From Treponemataceae bacterium (GTDB lineage Bacteria; Spirochaetota; Spirochaetia; Treponematales; Rectinemataceae), in assembly GCA_963667725.2 (NCBI GenBank), contig CAXXHO010000003.1, forward strand, positions 192,001 through 256,000: a stretch of DNA of 64,000 bases, in the 5' to 3' direction. A model generated the notes under the pieces. That model searched no databases. It was given only the letters and a program-made list of their open reading frames with translations, and was not told the DNA's origin. Positions 19,380-29,300 of the stretch are shown here, one piece after another. Position 1 is the first letter of the stretch. Every line of letters starts with the position of its first letter. The translations under genes were made by a program, and so were the position numbers.

Positions 19380-19451
19380 GGCGCCGTACCCAAGTGGTAA
19401 GGGGGAGGTCTGCAAAACCTTTATGCATCGGTTCAATTCCGATCGGCGCCT
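19380..19451 (+). tRNA. tRNA-Cys (GCA)
   Basis: Acceptor stem GGCGCCG/CGGCGCC, discriminator U, anticodon loop CTGCAAA, T-arm GGTTCAATTCC; CCA not encoded. Confidence 0.95.
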
Positions 19452-19463
19452 CAATCGACATCG

Positions 19464-19496
19464 GCCATCGGCGCGGAAGCTCCGATGGCTTTTTTT
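19464..19496 (+). terminator. Intrinsic terminator after tRNA-Cys
   Basis: GCCATCGG...CCGATGGC stem followed by T7. Confidence 0.8.
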
Positions 19497-19561
19497 ACGT
19501 TATGCGCCTGAACCTGTTTATTGACGCCGGGGAATCTTCATTCTAAAGTATAGACTCGTTA

Positions 19562-21319
19562 GTGAGGCAATATAGCGTGAGCGGGCATAAGGTAGAAGGT
19601 GGCGGAATAGGCTGGACTGCGCGGAAAGCTTTACCCCTGCCGCTTTTATTCACAGCCATCGTGATAGTCTCCTTCTTGGCCTTTTCCGGCAATATTGGCA
19701 AGAAGGAAAGGGTTCTCTGCGACGCCGTGGCCTTTCACTCGTCAGAGGAAATTACCGCCCTGATCAACCGGCTTCTGGAAGATGGAGCCGTCCTGAAAGA
19801 AGGGCTGGAAGAGAAAGCTTCGATGGGGAAGATCGAGCTGGAAGCGATTTCCTCCTCGATCCTTAATTCTCATACTTATATCAGCGGCGTCAGCATAGCC
19901 CCCTCGGCGGTGGTAAAATACCACTTTCCGGAACCGGGCAATGAGTCCCTCATCGGCCATGACCTTCTCTCCAACCCTGACAGGAGGGATGCGCTTACGC
20001 GTTCGGTTGAGCTCAAGGCTCCTGTCGTGTCCGGACCTTTTGAATCCGTGGAAGGCGGCATTGTGTTTTTCCTTCGCTATCCGATTTTTTCCATCGGAAA
20101 ACTCTGGGGTTTTACGAGCGTTACGGTGGATTTCGGCGCGATGATTGAATCGCTCGAGATGGAAAAGCATTATCCCGGTTTTGCTTTCGCTTTTTCTGGC
20201 GAGAGTGGAGGGGCGATTCCGCTCGCTTCTTCGGAAGCGAATGATAACCTGAGACAGGCCGGACAGTTTCTGGCGGGAAGGAAGAACGCCTTTAGCGGCG
20301 GCATATCCAGCGCGATTGCCCTGCCTGGAGCGAACTGGCGAATTCATGTAATGCCCTTGGCCGGCTGGACCGCGGCCGACCCTTTCCTCTATGTCATGCT
20401 TCTCGCCGGATTGACGGGAGCCGCCCTGCTTTTCATAATATTCTATCTGAAGTCGTTAAGCGCGCGCCGGGAGGAACGCCTCCCCGCTTTTGAAGTCGCG
20501 GCGCGCGAAGCTAGGGAAATGGAAGCCAGGGAAGGGGCGGCCAGGGATGCGATGGCCGAGGATGCGACGGCTGGGGCGGTCGCCCCCTCCGCGATGTCGG
20601 GTCCGCGAAATATCCCGGAAAATACAACCTGGCGAGCGAGCCCTCCAGAAAAAACAGCCCCGCGGGCGAGCCCCGCGGTTAAGACGACTACGACCATCAC
20701 TATCCCGAGGAGAAACGGTCAGGAAGTGAAGTTCCTGGGGCCCGACGTAAAAGGTCAACTCTATATGCCCGACGTCCTCATCACGGAAGAGCCATCCTTG
20801 TTCCAAGCCAAGATGGACGAAAGGCTGCCGGAAAAAAAGCCGCCGGAAGAAAAGCCGCGGCTTGAGATGCCGACTATTCAAAGAGCGCCGAAAAAGGAAA
20901 AGGCTCCGGAGCAGCGCCGCCAGGAATTTCTTTTTTCATTGGAGGAGGAGCCGGTCAGAAAGGAAATGGCCATCCTCGTCGTGGACGACAGCGAAGCGAA
21001 TCGCGACATCATGGGAAGGATGCTTTCCCTTCGCGGATACGCGGCGGATTTCGCGGCTTCGGGCGAAGATGCCCTTCCGCTTTGCGCCGCCAGGGCCTAT
21101 GACATCATTTTCATGGACTGCTTCATGCCGGGCATGGATGGCTACAAGACGAGCTTAGCCCTGCGCGAGAAGCATCCGGGCATGAAAGCCAGGATAGTCG
21201 GAATGAGCGCGAGAATCGGGGACAAGGAACTCGAGCGCTGCCGGCTTTCGGGAATGGATGCGCTCCTCGCCAAGCCTTTTACGCTTAGGGATCTGCTCGC
21301 TCATATGGAAAAGAGCTGA
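19562..21319 (+). CDS. Membrane CHASE-domain sensor fused to a C-terminal receiver domain; no kinase domain recognised
   Basis: TM - CHASE-like region (LIGHDLLSNPDRR...VSGPFESVEGG...WGF) - TM - low-complexity linker - REC (ILVVDD, IIFMDCFMPGMDG, AKPF); promoter TTGACG-17 nt-TAAAGT at 19521-19549; start codon uncertain. Confidence 0.8.
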   Translation: MRQYSVSGHKVEGGGIGWTARKALPLPLLFTAIVIVSFLAFSGNIGKKERVLCDAVAFHSSEEITALINRLLEDGAVLKEGLEEKASMGKIELEAISSSILNSHTYISGVSIAPSAVVKYHFPEPGNESLIGHDLLSNPDRRDALTRSVELKAPVVSGPFESVEGGIVFFLRYPIFSIGKLWGFTSVTVDFGAMIESLEMEKHYPGFAFAFSGESGGAIPLASSEANDNLRQAGQFLAGRKNAFSGGISSAIALPGANWRIHVMPLAGWTAADPFLYVMLLAGLTGAALLFIIFYLKSLSARREERLPAFEVAAREAREMEAREGAARDAMAEDATAGAVAPSAMSGPRNIPENTTWRASPPEKTAPRASPAVKTTTTITIPRRNGQEVKFLGPDVKGQLYMPDVLITEEPSLFQAKMDERLPEKKPPEEKPRLEMPTIQRAPKKEKAPEQRRQEFLFSLEEEPVRKEMAILVVDDSEANRDIMGRMLSLRGYAADFAASGEDALPLCAARAYDIIFMDCFMPGMDGYKTSLALREKHPGMKARIVGMSARIGDKELERCRLSGMDALLAKPFTLRDLLAHMEKS

Positions 21320-21356
21320 GGGCCTTTTCCCTGGAATCAAAAATGCTTATCCTAGA

Positions 21357-21995
21357 ATGATGTCAGTTGCCTCAATCGTCAGAAAACCCTTCCGCTACTC
21401 ATATTTCAACGCGACGCTTTACATCATCGCGGCCAACATCCTGTTTTTCGCGGCGAGCTATATATATCCCACGCTCAAGGCGTATATGGCGCTGAATCCG
21501 ATCGCCGTCCTTTCAGGCTATCTATGGCAGCCTGTAAGCTATATGTTCGCCCATGCCGATCTCACTCATCTTTTCGTCAACATGCTCGGACTTTTTTTCT
21601 TCGGGACGCAGGTGGAACGAAGCATGGGCAGCAAGGAATTCCTGCTCTTCTATTTTTTGACCGGCACGCTGGCGGGGCTGGCTTCTTTCGGCATCTATGT
21701 CGTGACGGGGGCTTGGTACACGAGCCTTCTGGGCGCTTCAGGCGCCCTGTTCGCCGTGCTCCTCGCGTTCGCGATAGTCAACCCGGAAGCGCAGATTTAT
21801 CTCTACGGACTCATCCCGATACGGGCGCCCATAATGGTCATCGGCTACGCCGGCATAGAAGTGGCGTCCCAGCTTTTCAGCTTCAGGAGCTCAGTGGCCC
21901 ACCTCACTCATCTCGCGGGATTTCTGTGGGCTTGGTTCTATTTTCTGGCTCGTTTCGGCATCAACCCGGCTAAACGACTGTTCAGGCGTCGATAG
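21357..21995 (+). CDS. Rhomboid family intramembrane serine protease
   Basis: YMFAH...HLFVNM, GASGA, AHLTHLAG. Confidence 0.92.
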   Translation: MMSVASIVRKPFRYSYFNATLYIIAANILFFAASYIYPTLKAYMALNPIAVLSGYLWQPVSYMFAHADLTHLFVNMLGLFFFGTQVERSMGSKEFLLFYFLTGTLAGLASFGIYVVTGAWYTSLLGASGALFAVLLAFAIVNPEAQIYLYGLIPIRAPIMVIGYAGIEVASQLFSFRSSVAHLTHLAGFLWAWFYFLARFGINPAKRLFRRR

Positions 21996-22011
21996 GCTGG
22001 CCTGACTTGAG

Positions 22012-22902
22012 TTACTTGAGGCGTTTTTTCTCGGTGGCCACATGCATGATTTCAAGATCTTCCATAAGGTGATCCACGAGTTCCTGTTTCTTGTCATCCC
22101 TGAAATGGTGCTCATTCTTTACATGGGCCATGAGATCTTCGCTTTTCTGGACGGCTCCGACCGTATAGACGACCTTGTCGGTATGAAGCATGTCGTCTTC
22201 CATTTCGCCTGATGGGTTTATCCTTAGAATATTCCCGTTGACCGCGATGAGGCAAAAATTCTCGAATCCCTTGATGTACGAGGCGATTTCCCTCACGCCG
22301 CGCTTCGAACTCTGGTCCCATGGGCGATACCTGGTGCCCGCGGGGAATACGAGCACGAGTTTGCCTTGAACTTTTTCCACGTTGAGGGCTTTTACCGCCG
22401 CGCGGTTTATCGATACGCTCCGCATGATTTCCCGATACAGTTTGTTGGGATCCTTGAAATGATTCTTGAGGATCTCTATGGAACGGCTGGGGTAGATGAC
22501 GATGCGGGTATAGGCCTGCGCGAAGGCGTTCACGACCGGATTGGATTCGCTGAGCTTTATGCCCGCTATCGAAACGAGGGCTGTCGCCATGGATTGGCCG
22601 AGCTCTCCCGATTTTCGAAGAAGAAAGTGAAAGGCGGGCAAGTCGAAATTGGAGTAATGCTCCAGAAGAAGAAGACAGGATTCGCCTTTCTTGGCTCTTT
22701 CAAAGAGCAGCTCGAGGTTCGCGAAACCTTCGATGCCTGAACCGGGGAGAAGATGATCTTCGAGAATCTGGTCTATGAAGGGGAGCAGTTCAGTACTGCC
22801 TTCCTGGTACACATCTTTATCGGAAACCTGCTTCTGCTCGCTTATTTTAGTCATCATGCGAGTCAGAAGAGGCAAATATCGGTCTCGGATCGAATCCATC
22901 AC
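22012..22902 (-). CDS. Glycerol-3-phosphate/lysophospholipid acyltransferase (plastid GPAT-like)
   Basis: HX4D motif EHYSNFD and FPAGTR block; no clear TM segment. Confidence 0.75.
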   Translation of the reverse strand: MMDSIRDRYLPLLTRMMTKISEQKQVSDKDVYQEGSTELLPFIDQILEDHLLPGSGIEGFANLELLFERAKKGESCLLLLEHYSNFDLPAFHFLLRKSGELGQSMATALVSIAGIKLSESNPVVNAFAQAYTRIVIYPSRSIEILKNHFKDPNKLYREIMRSVSINRAAVKALNVEKVQGKLVLVFPAGTRYRPWDQSSKRGVREIASYIKGFENFCLIAVNGNILRINPSGEMEDDMLHTDKVVYTVGAVQKSEDLMAHVKNEHHFRDDKKQELVDHLMEDLEIMHVATEKKRLK

Positions 22903-23123
22903 GGCTCCAGTCGATAGCTACTAAGTGCTTACTGAATATTAACTATATGTATGAAAACCTTCGTTGTCAATTTGGGGCACAGTATCGGAAAGATGGAATT
23001 TCGCGACACCCCGGCCTTTATCCGCAAGCTTCGATGCCTAGACTCTGGTTTGAGGCATGAACCTATCCTATAGTTGAATTCAGCGGTACACGAAGGCTTT
23101 CGCATCATGCTTGGAGAAAAACG

Positions 23124-25025
23124 ATGAAAGAACATCTGAAAGATGCGCTTCGCATCTCAGGCATTTACGCCTTGGTGGGTTCGATTTGGATTCTGCTTTC
23201 CGATGAACTCTTGCTCGTATTCGCGAAGAACCAAGAGACCATGAAAAACATCGCGATGTTTAAAGGTTGGGCTTATGTCTCCCTGACGTCTTTTCTGCTG
23301 TTTATGCTTCTAAAGAGAAAGCTGGCCATGCTCAATGTCGCCAGAGACAAAGCGATTGAAGCCGGCGAAAGGGTTACCGAGCAGATGCATTCGCTTTCCT
23401 CGCTTTTCGATACGGCGCAGATGCTCGCTGAAAAAACCGATATCAAGGCACGCGCGGACAATGTCGTCCAAGTCTGCGTTGATCGTTTAGGCGTCGCGTT
23501 CGCCTGGATCGGAAAAGCGGGAAAGGACGGTGGAGTCGAACTGCTGGGCCAATGTCCCGCTGACAGTCGCTATGCCAGGTTTATATCGCTATGCTGGGAC
23601 AATAATCTGGAAGGCGGAAGCCTGGCCGATAGGGCGCTTGGAAATTGTGCCCCGATCATCTTCAACAATCCTCAGCAAGGCCCATCCAATAAGGACTGGC
23701 AGGATCAGATTCATGTATTGGGTTTTGAGTCCCTAGCTGTCCTGCCCCTTGTCGCCAAGGGCAATACTTTCGGCGTTCTTGCCCTCTGCAGCGAAAAGCG
23801 TTCATTCTTTCAGGAAGACCGCGTGCGTCTTTTCAACGCTCTCGCGAACCTGGCCGCCACCAATCTTGAAAACGCTCGTCTCCTTGAGGAAACCCAGCGC
23901 AGGCTCGAGCATATCCAGGTGCTGCACCGCATAGATCTGGCGATCAGCGGAAGCGGGAAGGAGAAGGGAGCCTTCGATGTCGCGCTCGACGCGATAGTAA
24001 GCCAGCTGAAAGTCGACGCCGTGGCCATCCTAGGCTATAAGGCCTCTGAGCGCCGCCTTGAATTCGCCGCGGGCAGAGGTTTCTCACCCGGTGTCATAGA
24101 GTCGATGATCGGCGAGGATGTGGATATCCTGCCCAGGACCGCCATCAGGGAGGAGAGGATTGTGCATATTCCTTGCCTCGCCAAACTGGAAAGCGGCGAC
24201 AGATTGAATGTCTTCATCAAGGAAGGGTTTGTCGCCTACTACGCCATTCCCTTGTCGGCGAAGGGGCGGGTGCTGGGCGTCCTTGAGTTGTACAGCAGGA
24301 CAGCCTTCAATGATGACGAGGAATGGAAAGAATTCCTCGAAACGCTGGCTGTCCAGACAACCTTGGCTTTTGACAATCTGGAGATGCTGAGAACTCTGGA
24401 AAAATCGAACGCAGAGCTTATTCAAGCATACGACGCCACGATCGAGGCCCTCTCTTTCGCCCTCGACCTCAAGGATAGCGAAACGAAATGGCACAGCAAA
24501 AGGGTTTCCGACCTGACAATGCTCATGGCTAGAACCCTGGGGCTGGAAGGAGAGCGCCTTGTGCAAATTCGCAGGGGCGCGCTGCTTCACGATATCGGGA
24601 AAATGGGCATCCCCGATAGCGTTCTGCTCAAGCCTGGCGCCCTCGACGACGATGAGATGGCGATAATGAGGAAGCATCCTGTCTATGCCTTTCAGATGCT
24701 CTCGCGTATAGACTATTTGCGGCCCTCTCTCGACATTCCCTACGCGCACCACGAAAAATGGGACGGATCCGGTTATCCTCGGGGCCTAAAGGGCGCCGAG
24801 ATTCCCCTGGCAGCGCGCATATTCGCCATAGTCGACGTATACGACGCGTTGACGAGCAATAGGCCATACCGAAAAGCGTGGACAAAGGAGAAAGCCCTGG
24901 CCGAGCTGACATCGTTGAGCGGCAAGCACTTCGATCCGGCTATAGTGGAAGCTTTCTTCGCTCTCCACGCGGCGGACCCGCAAGCATTCGATCTTTTCGG
25001 CAACGGGAACGGGTCCATCGATTGA
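23124..25025 (+). CDS. Membrane GAF-GAF-HD-GYP phosphodiesterase
   Basis: Two N-terminal TM segments, two GAF-like domains (LPLVAKGNTFGVL; IPLSAKGRVLGVL), LHDIGK, HHEKWDGSGYP, RPYR. Confidence 0.92.
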   Translation: MKEHLKDALRISGIYALVGSIWILLSDELLLVFAKNQETMKNIAMFKGWAYVSLTSFLLFMLLKRKLAMLNVARDKAIEAGERVTEQMHSLSSLFDTAQMLAEKTDIKARADNVVQVCVDRLGVAFAWIGKAGKDGGVELLGQCPADSRYARFISLCWDNNLEGGSLADRALGNCAPIIFNNPQQGPSNKDWQDQIHVLGFESLAVLPLVAKGNTFGVLALCSEKRSFFQEDRVRLFNALANLAATNLENARLLEETQRRLEHIQVLHRIDLAISGSGKEKGAFDVALDAIVSQLKVDAVAILGYKASERRLEFAAGRGFSPGVIESMIGEDVDILPRTAIREERIVHIPCLAKLESGDRLNVFIKEGFVAYYAIPLSAKGRVLGVLELYSRTAFNDDEEWKEFLETLAVQTTLAFDNLEMLRTLEKSNAELIQAYDATIEALSFALDLKDSETKWHSKRVSDLTMLMARTLGLEGERLVQIRRGALLHDIGKMGIPDSVLLKPGALDDDEMAIMRKHPVYAFQMLSRIDYLRPSLDIPYAHHEKWDGSGYPRGLKGAEIPLAARIFAIVDVYDALTSNRPYRKAWTKEKALAELTSLSGKHFDPAIVEAFFALHAADPQAFDLFGNGNGSID

Positions 25026-25052
25026 AGCCGATAAAACGCGTGGCACGAGGAT

Positions 25053-25093
25053 AAAAAAAGGGAGCGGAAGTCGCCTGACTTCCGCTCCCTTTT
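25053..25093. terminator. Bidirectional intrinsic terminator between the HD-GYP gene and asd
   Basis: AAAAGGGAGCGGAAGTC-GCCT-GACTTCCGCTCCCTTTT perfect stem between convergent genes. Confidence 0.88.
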
Positions 25094-25123
25094 ATCGATA
25101 TCACGTGGCGGCTTTTGCCCTCT

Positions 25124-26146
25124 TTACAGAACCTTGGGCTCGAGCCCATTGGCGGCCAGGGTTTCGGCGATCTGGACGGCGTTGAGGGCGGCGCCCTTCC
25201 TGAGGTTGTCCGACACCACCCAGAGGTTGAGCCCGTTGGGCACCGTCAGGTCCCTGCGGATCCTGCCGATGAAGACCTCATCCCGGCCTTCGCAGTCCAG
25301 GGCCGTAGGATACACCAGGTTCGCCGGATCGTCCATCACGAGCACCCCGGGCGCCTTCTTCAAAAGCGCCACCACCTCGGCCAGCTCGAAAGGCTTCTCC
25401 GTCTCGATGTTGATCGACTCCGAATGCCCTCTCGTCACCCCGATCCGCACCGCCGTCGGACTCACCAGAATGTTCGGGTCCAGCATCTTGTGCGTCTCGT
25501 GCACCATCTTCATCTCTTCTTTCGTGTAGCCGTTGTCCAGGAACACGTCGATGTGCGGCAGGGCGTTGAAGAGTATCTGTCTCGGATAGACCGCCACCGT
25601 GAGGGGCTTGCCCTCGGTGAATTCCTTCGCTTGGTTCCGCAGCTCGGCTATGGCCGCCGCTCCCGTGCCCGAAACCGCCTGATAGGTCGCGACGACGATC
25701 CGCTTGATCTTGTAGGCATCGTGGATGGGCTTGGCCGCCACGAGCATCTGGATGGTCGAGCAGTTGGGGTTGGCGATGATGCCTTTGTGCCAGGCAAGGT
25801 CCTGGGGATTGACTTCGGGGATGACGAGGGGGACCTTGGGGTCCATGCGCCACTGGCTGGAGTTGTCGATGACGATGGCGCCTTCAGAGGCCGCCGCCGG
25901 AGCGAGGATTTCGCTGGCTTCGGCGCCCGCAGAGAAGAGGGCGATGTCGACATCGCCGAAGGCGCCCGGCTTGGCCGCCCTCACCGTCTTTTCCACGCCC
26001 TTGAAGGTCACTTTCTTTCCGGCCATGGCCTCGACGTCCATGGGGATGATCTCCGAGACCGGAAAGTCCCTCTGCTCGAGGGTTTTCAGCATTTCCGTGC
26101 CCACGGCGCCCAGGGCGCCCACCACCGCGACTCTATACTGTTTCAT
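25124..26146 (-). CDS. asd: Aspartate-semialdehyde dehydrogenase
   Basis: VVGALGAVG, IDNSSQWRM, PLVIPEVN, catalytic NPNCSTIQ, YQAVSGTG, DNLRKGAALNAVQIAE. Confidence 0.95.
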   Translation of the reverse strand: MKQYRVAVVGALGAVGTEMLKTLEQRDFPVSEIIPMDVEAMAGKKVTFKGVEKTVRAAKPGAFGDVDIALFSAGAEASEILAPAAASEGAIVIDNSSQWRMDPKVPLVIPEVNPQDLAWHKGIIANPNCSTIQMLVAAKPIHDAYKIKRIVVATYQAVSGTGAAAIAELRNQAKEFTEGKPLTVAVYPRQILFNALPHIDVFLDNGYTKEEMKMVHETHKMLDPNILVSPTAVRIGVTRGHSESINIETEKPFELAEVVALLKKAPGVLVMDDPANLVYPTALDCEGRDEVFIGRIRRDLTVPNGLNLWVVSDNLRKGAALNAVQIAETLAANGLEPKVL

Positions 26147-26175
26147 GATAGTTTTTTCTCCTTCATCCATTGCTT

Positions 26176-27390
26176 TTATCGAAGCGCGTTGAGAGCGGCG
26201 GCCAGTTTGGCGACGCCGCGTTCGCATTCCTCGGTGGAGCAGGAATAGGCGATCCGCAGATACCCTTCGCCGGCGTCGCCGAAGACGCTTCCGGCTACCG
26301 TAGCGATTCCATAGTCGTTGATGAGATAGTCAGCCATCTCGGCCGAGCTCTTGCCGAAGGACTTGATGTTGGGGAAAAGGTAGAAGGCGCCGAGCGGCTC
26401 CACGACGCTCACGCCCTGGATGGCCCGCAGCCCCTTGAGCATGATGGCGCGGCGTTTGGCGAATTCCCCGACCATTTCGTCGACGCAGGTCTGATCGGCG
26501 GTGAGCGCGAGCGCGGCTCCGTGCTGTATGAAGGTGTTCACGCAGACGGTGGTGTACTGCCGAACTTTCAGGATGGCGCGGGTGAGGGGCTCCGAAGCCA
26601 CCGTCCAGCCCAGCCTCCATCCATCCATGGAGTAGGTCTTGGAGAAGCCGTTGATAATGATAGTCCGCTCTGCCATGCCGGGAATCGAATAGATGCTCGG
26701 CGCGACTGACCCTTCGCCGTAATAGATGCGCGAGTAAATTTCGTCGGAAAGGACGAGGAGGTTGTGGCGGATCGCGATCTTCGCTAGGGCGAGGAGGCTT
26801 TCCTTGCTTTGGATGCAGCCGGTGGGATTGCCCGGCGAGGTGATGCAGAGCATTTTCGTTTTGCTCGTGATCTTGCTTTCCACTTCGGCGGGATCCATCG
26901 CGAAGCCGTTGGCCTCGGTGGCCGTGACTTCCACGGGTACTCCCCCGGCGAGGGAGACGCAGGACTTGTAGTGATGCCAGTTGGGATTGGCGATGATGAC
27001 TTCGTCGCCGGGATTGATGAAGGCGAGCATGGAAACGAGGATGCCTTCGTTCGCGCCGGCCATGACGATAGCCTGCTTTTCGCCGTCCACGGGTACCCCG
27101 TTGTCGAGGGCGGTGCGGGCGCCGATGGCGCGCCGCAGGGCGGGAATGCCGAGATTCGGCGCGTAATGCACCTCGCCGCGCTGGAGGGCGTCGGCGGCCG
27201 CCCGCTTGATGTGGGCCGGCGTGTCGAAATCGGGGCGTCCTATCTGCCAGTGGATCACGTCGCGGCCTGCCGCTTCGAGTTCCTTGACCTTGTCGAACAC
27301 CTTTCTGATGCCGGAGAAGGGTACGATCTTGAGCCTGTCGGACATCATGCCCTCAGGATTGAATTTTACGGTGTCGATGCTGGATTCCAT
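26176..27390 (-). CDS. PLP-dependent aminotransferase, class I/II
   Basis: GRPDFDTP, SPGNPTG, LSDEIY, GFSKTYSMDGWRLG, GYLRIAY. Confidence 0.92.
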   Translation of the reverse strand: MESSIDTVKFNPEGMMSDRLKIVPFSGIRKVFDKVKELEAAGRDVIHWQIGRPDFDTPAHIKRAAADALQRGEVHYAPNLGIPALRRAIGARTALDNGVPVDGEKQAIVMAGANEGILVSMLAFINPGDEVIIANPNWHHYKSCVSLAGGVPVEVTATEANGFAMDPAEVESKITSKTKMLCITSPGNPTGCIQSKESLLALAKIAIRHNLLVLSDEIYSRIYYGEGSVAPSIYSIPGMAERTIIINGFSKTYSMDGWRLGWTVASEPLTRAILKVRQYTTVCVNTFIQHGAALALTADQTCVDEMVGEFAKRRAIMLKGLRAIQGVSVVEPLGAFYLFPNIKSFGKSSAEMADYLINDYGIATVAGSVFGDAGEGYLRIAYSCSTEECERGVAKLAAALNALR

Positions 27391-27401
27391 GGAGATCCTC
27401 C

Positions 27402-29024
27402 TTATTTATGCTTGCGAAGAATGAGTTTTTCGTATTCCGACGGATCGATATGAGCCTCGACGATGACCGGCCCTTCGGTGGCGAAGGCTTTGTCCAGCGC
27501 CGCCTTGTACTGGGCGGCGTCGTCGGCGCGGATGACGGGAACGCCGAAAACGTAGTTCGAGGTCGGGCATTCGTCTTCGTAGAGCACCGTCGAATTGGCG
27601 GGGAAGCCTTTGTGGCTTTGCTTGAGCCTTATGAGTTCGAGGTTCTGGTCGGCGAGGACGATGAATACTATGGAAAGTTTCCGTCTTCGCGCGACGGCCA
27701 TCTCTCCGGCCATCATGAGGAAGCTGCCGTCGCCCGTGACGCAGGCGACCTTCTTGTCAGGGCGGCAGAGCTTGGCGGCGATGGCGGCGGGGACGCTGAA
27801 GCCCATCGAGGAGCAGCCGTTCGTCATGAGCTGGAGGCCGGGCGCCGGAGTGCGCCACATCTGTCCGATGAGGTGGGTGTGGGCGCCTACGTCGCAGGCC
27901 ATGATGCCGTCCTGCGGCAGGGTTTCCCGCAGTATGGCCAGGGCCGCGCGCGGGCCGAAACTGCCGGGAGGAGGCGTCAGGTCTTCGAACATCTTCCGCC
28001 TGCGTTCGGCGAGGGCTTTTTTATCCCAGGCCGAATCGAGGGCGGGGAGGGCGAGGAGGCGGCTCAGCGAGGCCGGGATATTGCCGACGATATCGTGGAC
28101 TTCGCGATAGACGCTTCGGTCGATGTCGGCTTCCACGGTGTCCAGGTGAAGGAGGGGAACAGCGGGCATCCAGTCCTCGAAATTGAATTCCACGGGATCG
28201 TAGCCGACGGCCACGACGAGATCGGCGTCGCGGTGGGTTTCAGCGACCCTGTCGCTGAGGGCGTGGAAGAGGACTCCCGCATACCAGGGATGGTCTTCCG
28301 AAATGATGCCTTTGGCCATCGGGGTGAGGATGACGGGAACGCCGTGTTTCTCCGCCAGCCGTATGATGAGGCTGCCGGCCTTGCTTCGGACGGCCGACAG
28401 ACCGACCGCCAGGACGGGGCGGCGCGACCGGGCGAAAACCTCTTCCATCGATGTAAGCGTGGCTTCGTCGGCGGCCTGGGGCTGGGCGGGCACGGTCAAC
28501 GCCCTTGTTTCCAGGTTCTGAGAAACGGCTTTGCGTGAACCCAGGTCCTCCGGCAAACCGATATGCACAGGTCCGGGGACTTCGGCCGTGGCTATCCTGA
28601 GGGCCTGGTCGATAATCTGATCGACTCTCTCGGCGGTGAGCCTGGTGGTCCATTTCGTGAGCGGGCGGAAGAGCGCCTGCTGGTCGATGGCCATCTGAAC
28701 CGTGCGTCCGATCATCTTTTCGGGCGGTTCGCTCGAAAGCGCGATCATGGGCGATCGATCCAGCAGCGCGTTGACGACCCCCGTGCTGAGATTGGTGGCG
28801 CCCGGCCCGACGGTTCCGTAACAGACCGCCGGAACGCCGGTGAGTCTCGCGCAGACATCGGCCATGAATCCGCCTGAGGCTTCATTGCTGACGAGAACGA
28901 AGTCCAGGCCTTCTTTTCTCATCGCTTCCATATAGTAGAGCCATGAGCCGCTTGGTACTCCGAATACGAAACGAATACCCTTCTCACGGAAACGCTTGAC
29001 CAACTGTTCGGCAACTGTCCCCAT
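27402..29024 (-). CDS. Thiamine pyrophosphate-dependent enzyme (acetolactate synthase/2-oxoacid decarboxylase-like)
   Basis: FGVPSG, NEASGGFMAD, GPGATN, DVGAH, TPP motif TGDGSFLM. Confidence 0.9.
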   Translation of the reverse strand: MGTVAEQLVKRFREKGIRFVFGVPSGSWLYYMEAMRKEGLDFVLVSNEASGGFMADVCARLTGVPAVCYGTVGPGATNLSTGVVNALLDRSPMIALSSEPPEKMIGRTVQMAIDQQALFRPLTKWTTRLTAERVDQIIDQALRIATAEVPGPVHIGLPEDLGSRKAVSQNLETRALTVPAQPQAADEATLTSMEEVFARSRRPVLAVGLSAVRSKAGSLIIRLAEKHGVPVILTPMAKGIISEDHPWYAGVLFHALSDRVAETHRDADLVVAVGYDPVEFNFEDWMPAVPLLHLDTVEADIDRSVYREVHDIVGNIPASLSRLLALPALDSAWDKKALAERRRKMFEDLTPPPGSFGPRAALAILRETLPQDGIMACDVGAHTHLIGQMWRTPAPGLQLMTNGCSSMGFSVPAAIAAKLCRPDKKVACVTGDGSFLMMAGEMAVARRRKLSIVFIVLADQNLELIRLKQSHKGFPANSTVLYEDECPTSNYVFGVPVIRADDAAQYKAALDKAFATEGPVIVEAHIDPSEYEKLILRKHK

Positions 29025-29114
29025 AATATTCCCCTATTTTATGCAGTTCGAAGGATGGTTTCCGCTAGCTCTACAATTATGCAATGATAAAGTAAAGTAG
29101 GTGTATACTAAAAT

Positions 29115-29149
29115 ATATCACACATCCTATATCATATATCTTATCATGA
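29115..29149 (-). promoter_or_regulatory. Candidate GntR operator, copy 1
   Basis: Minus strand TCATGATAAGATATATGATATAGGATGTGTGATAT; 29/35 identical to 30121-30155. Confidence 0.65.
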
Positions 29150-29300
29150 CACTCTCGAATAGACAAGATATAATTGAAGAAGTTCGTAAAATCAATACTT
29201 TTAATATCATTCTGTACAGCTTATTGAATCGATGATATATTATATCGGAATGGAGATTTCATTCGGTACTTAACGCTGAAAAGAAAGGCCTGGTGTCCAA

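Noticed and set aside
22940..23030. Possible c-di-GMP-II riboswitch upstream of the HD-GYP gene (ATGAA...ATTTGGGGCAC...TGGA...CCGGCC)
   Set aside because: The GTGCAA strand that should pair with GGGCAC is absent and I could not build the stems; an Infernal scan would be needed to revive it
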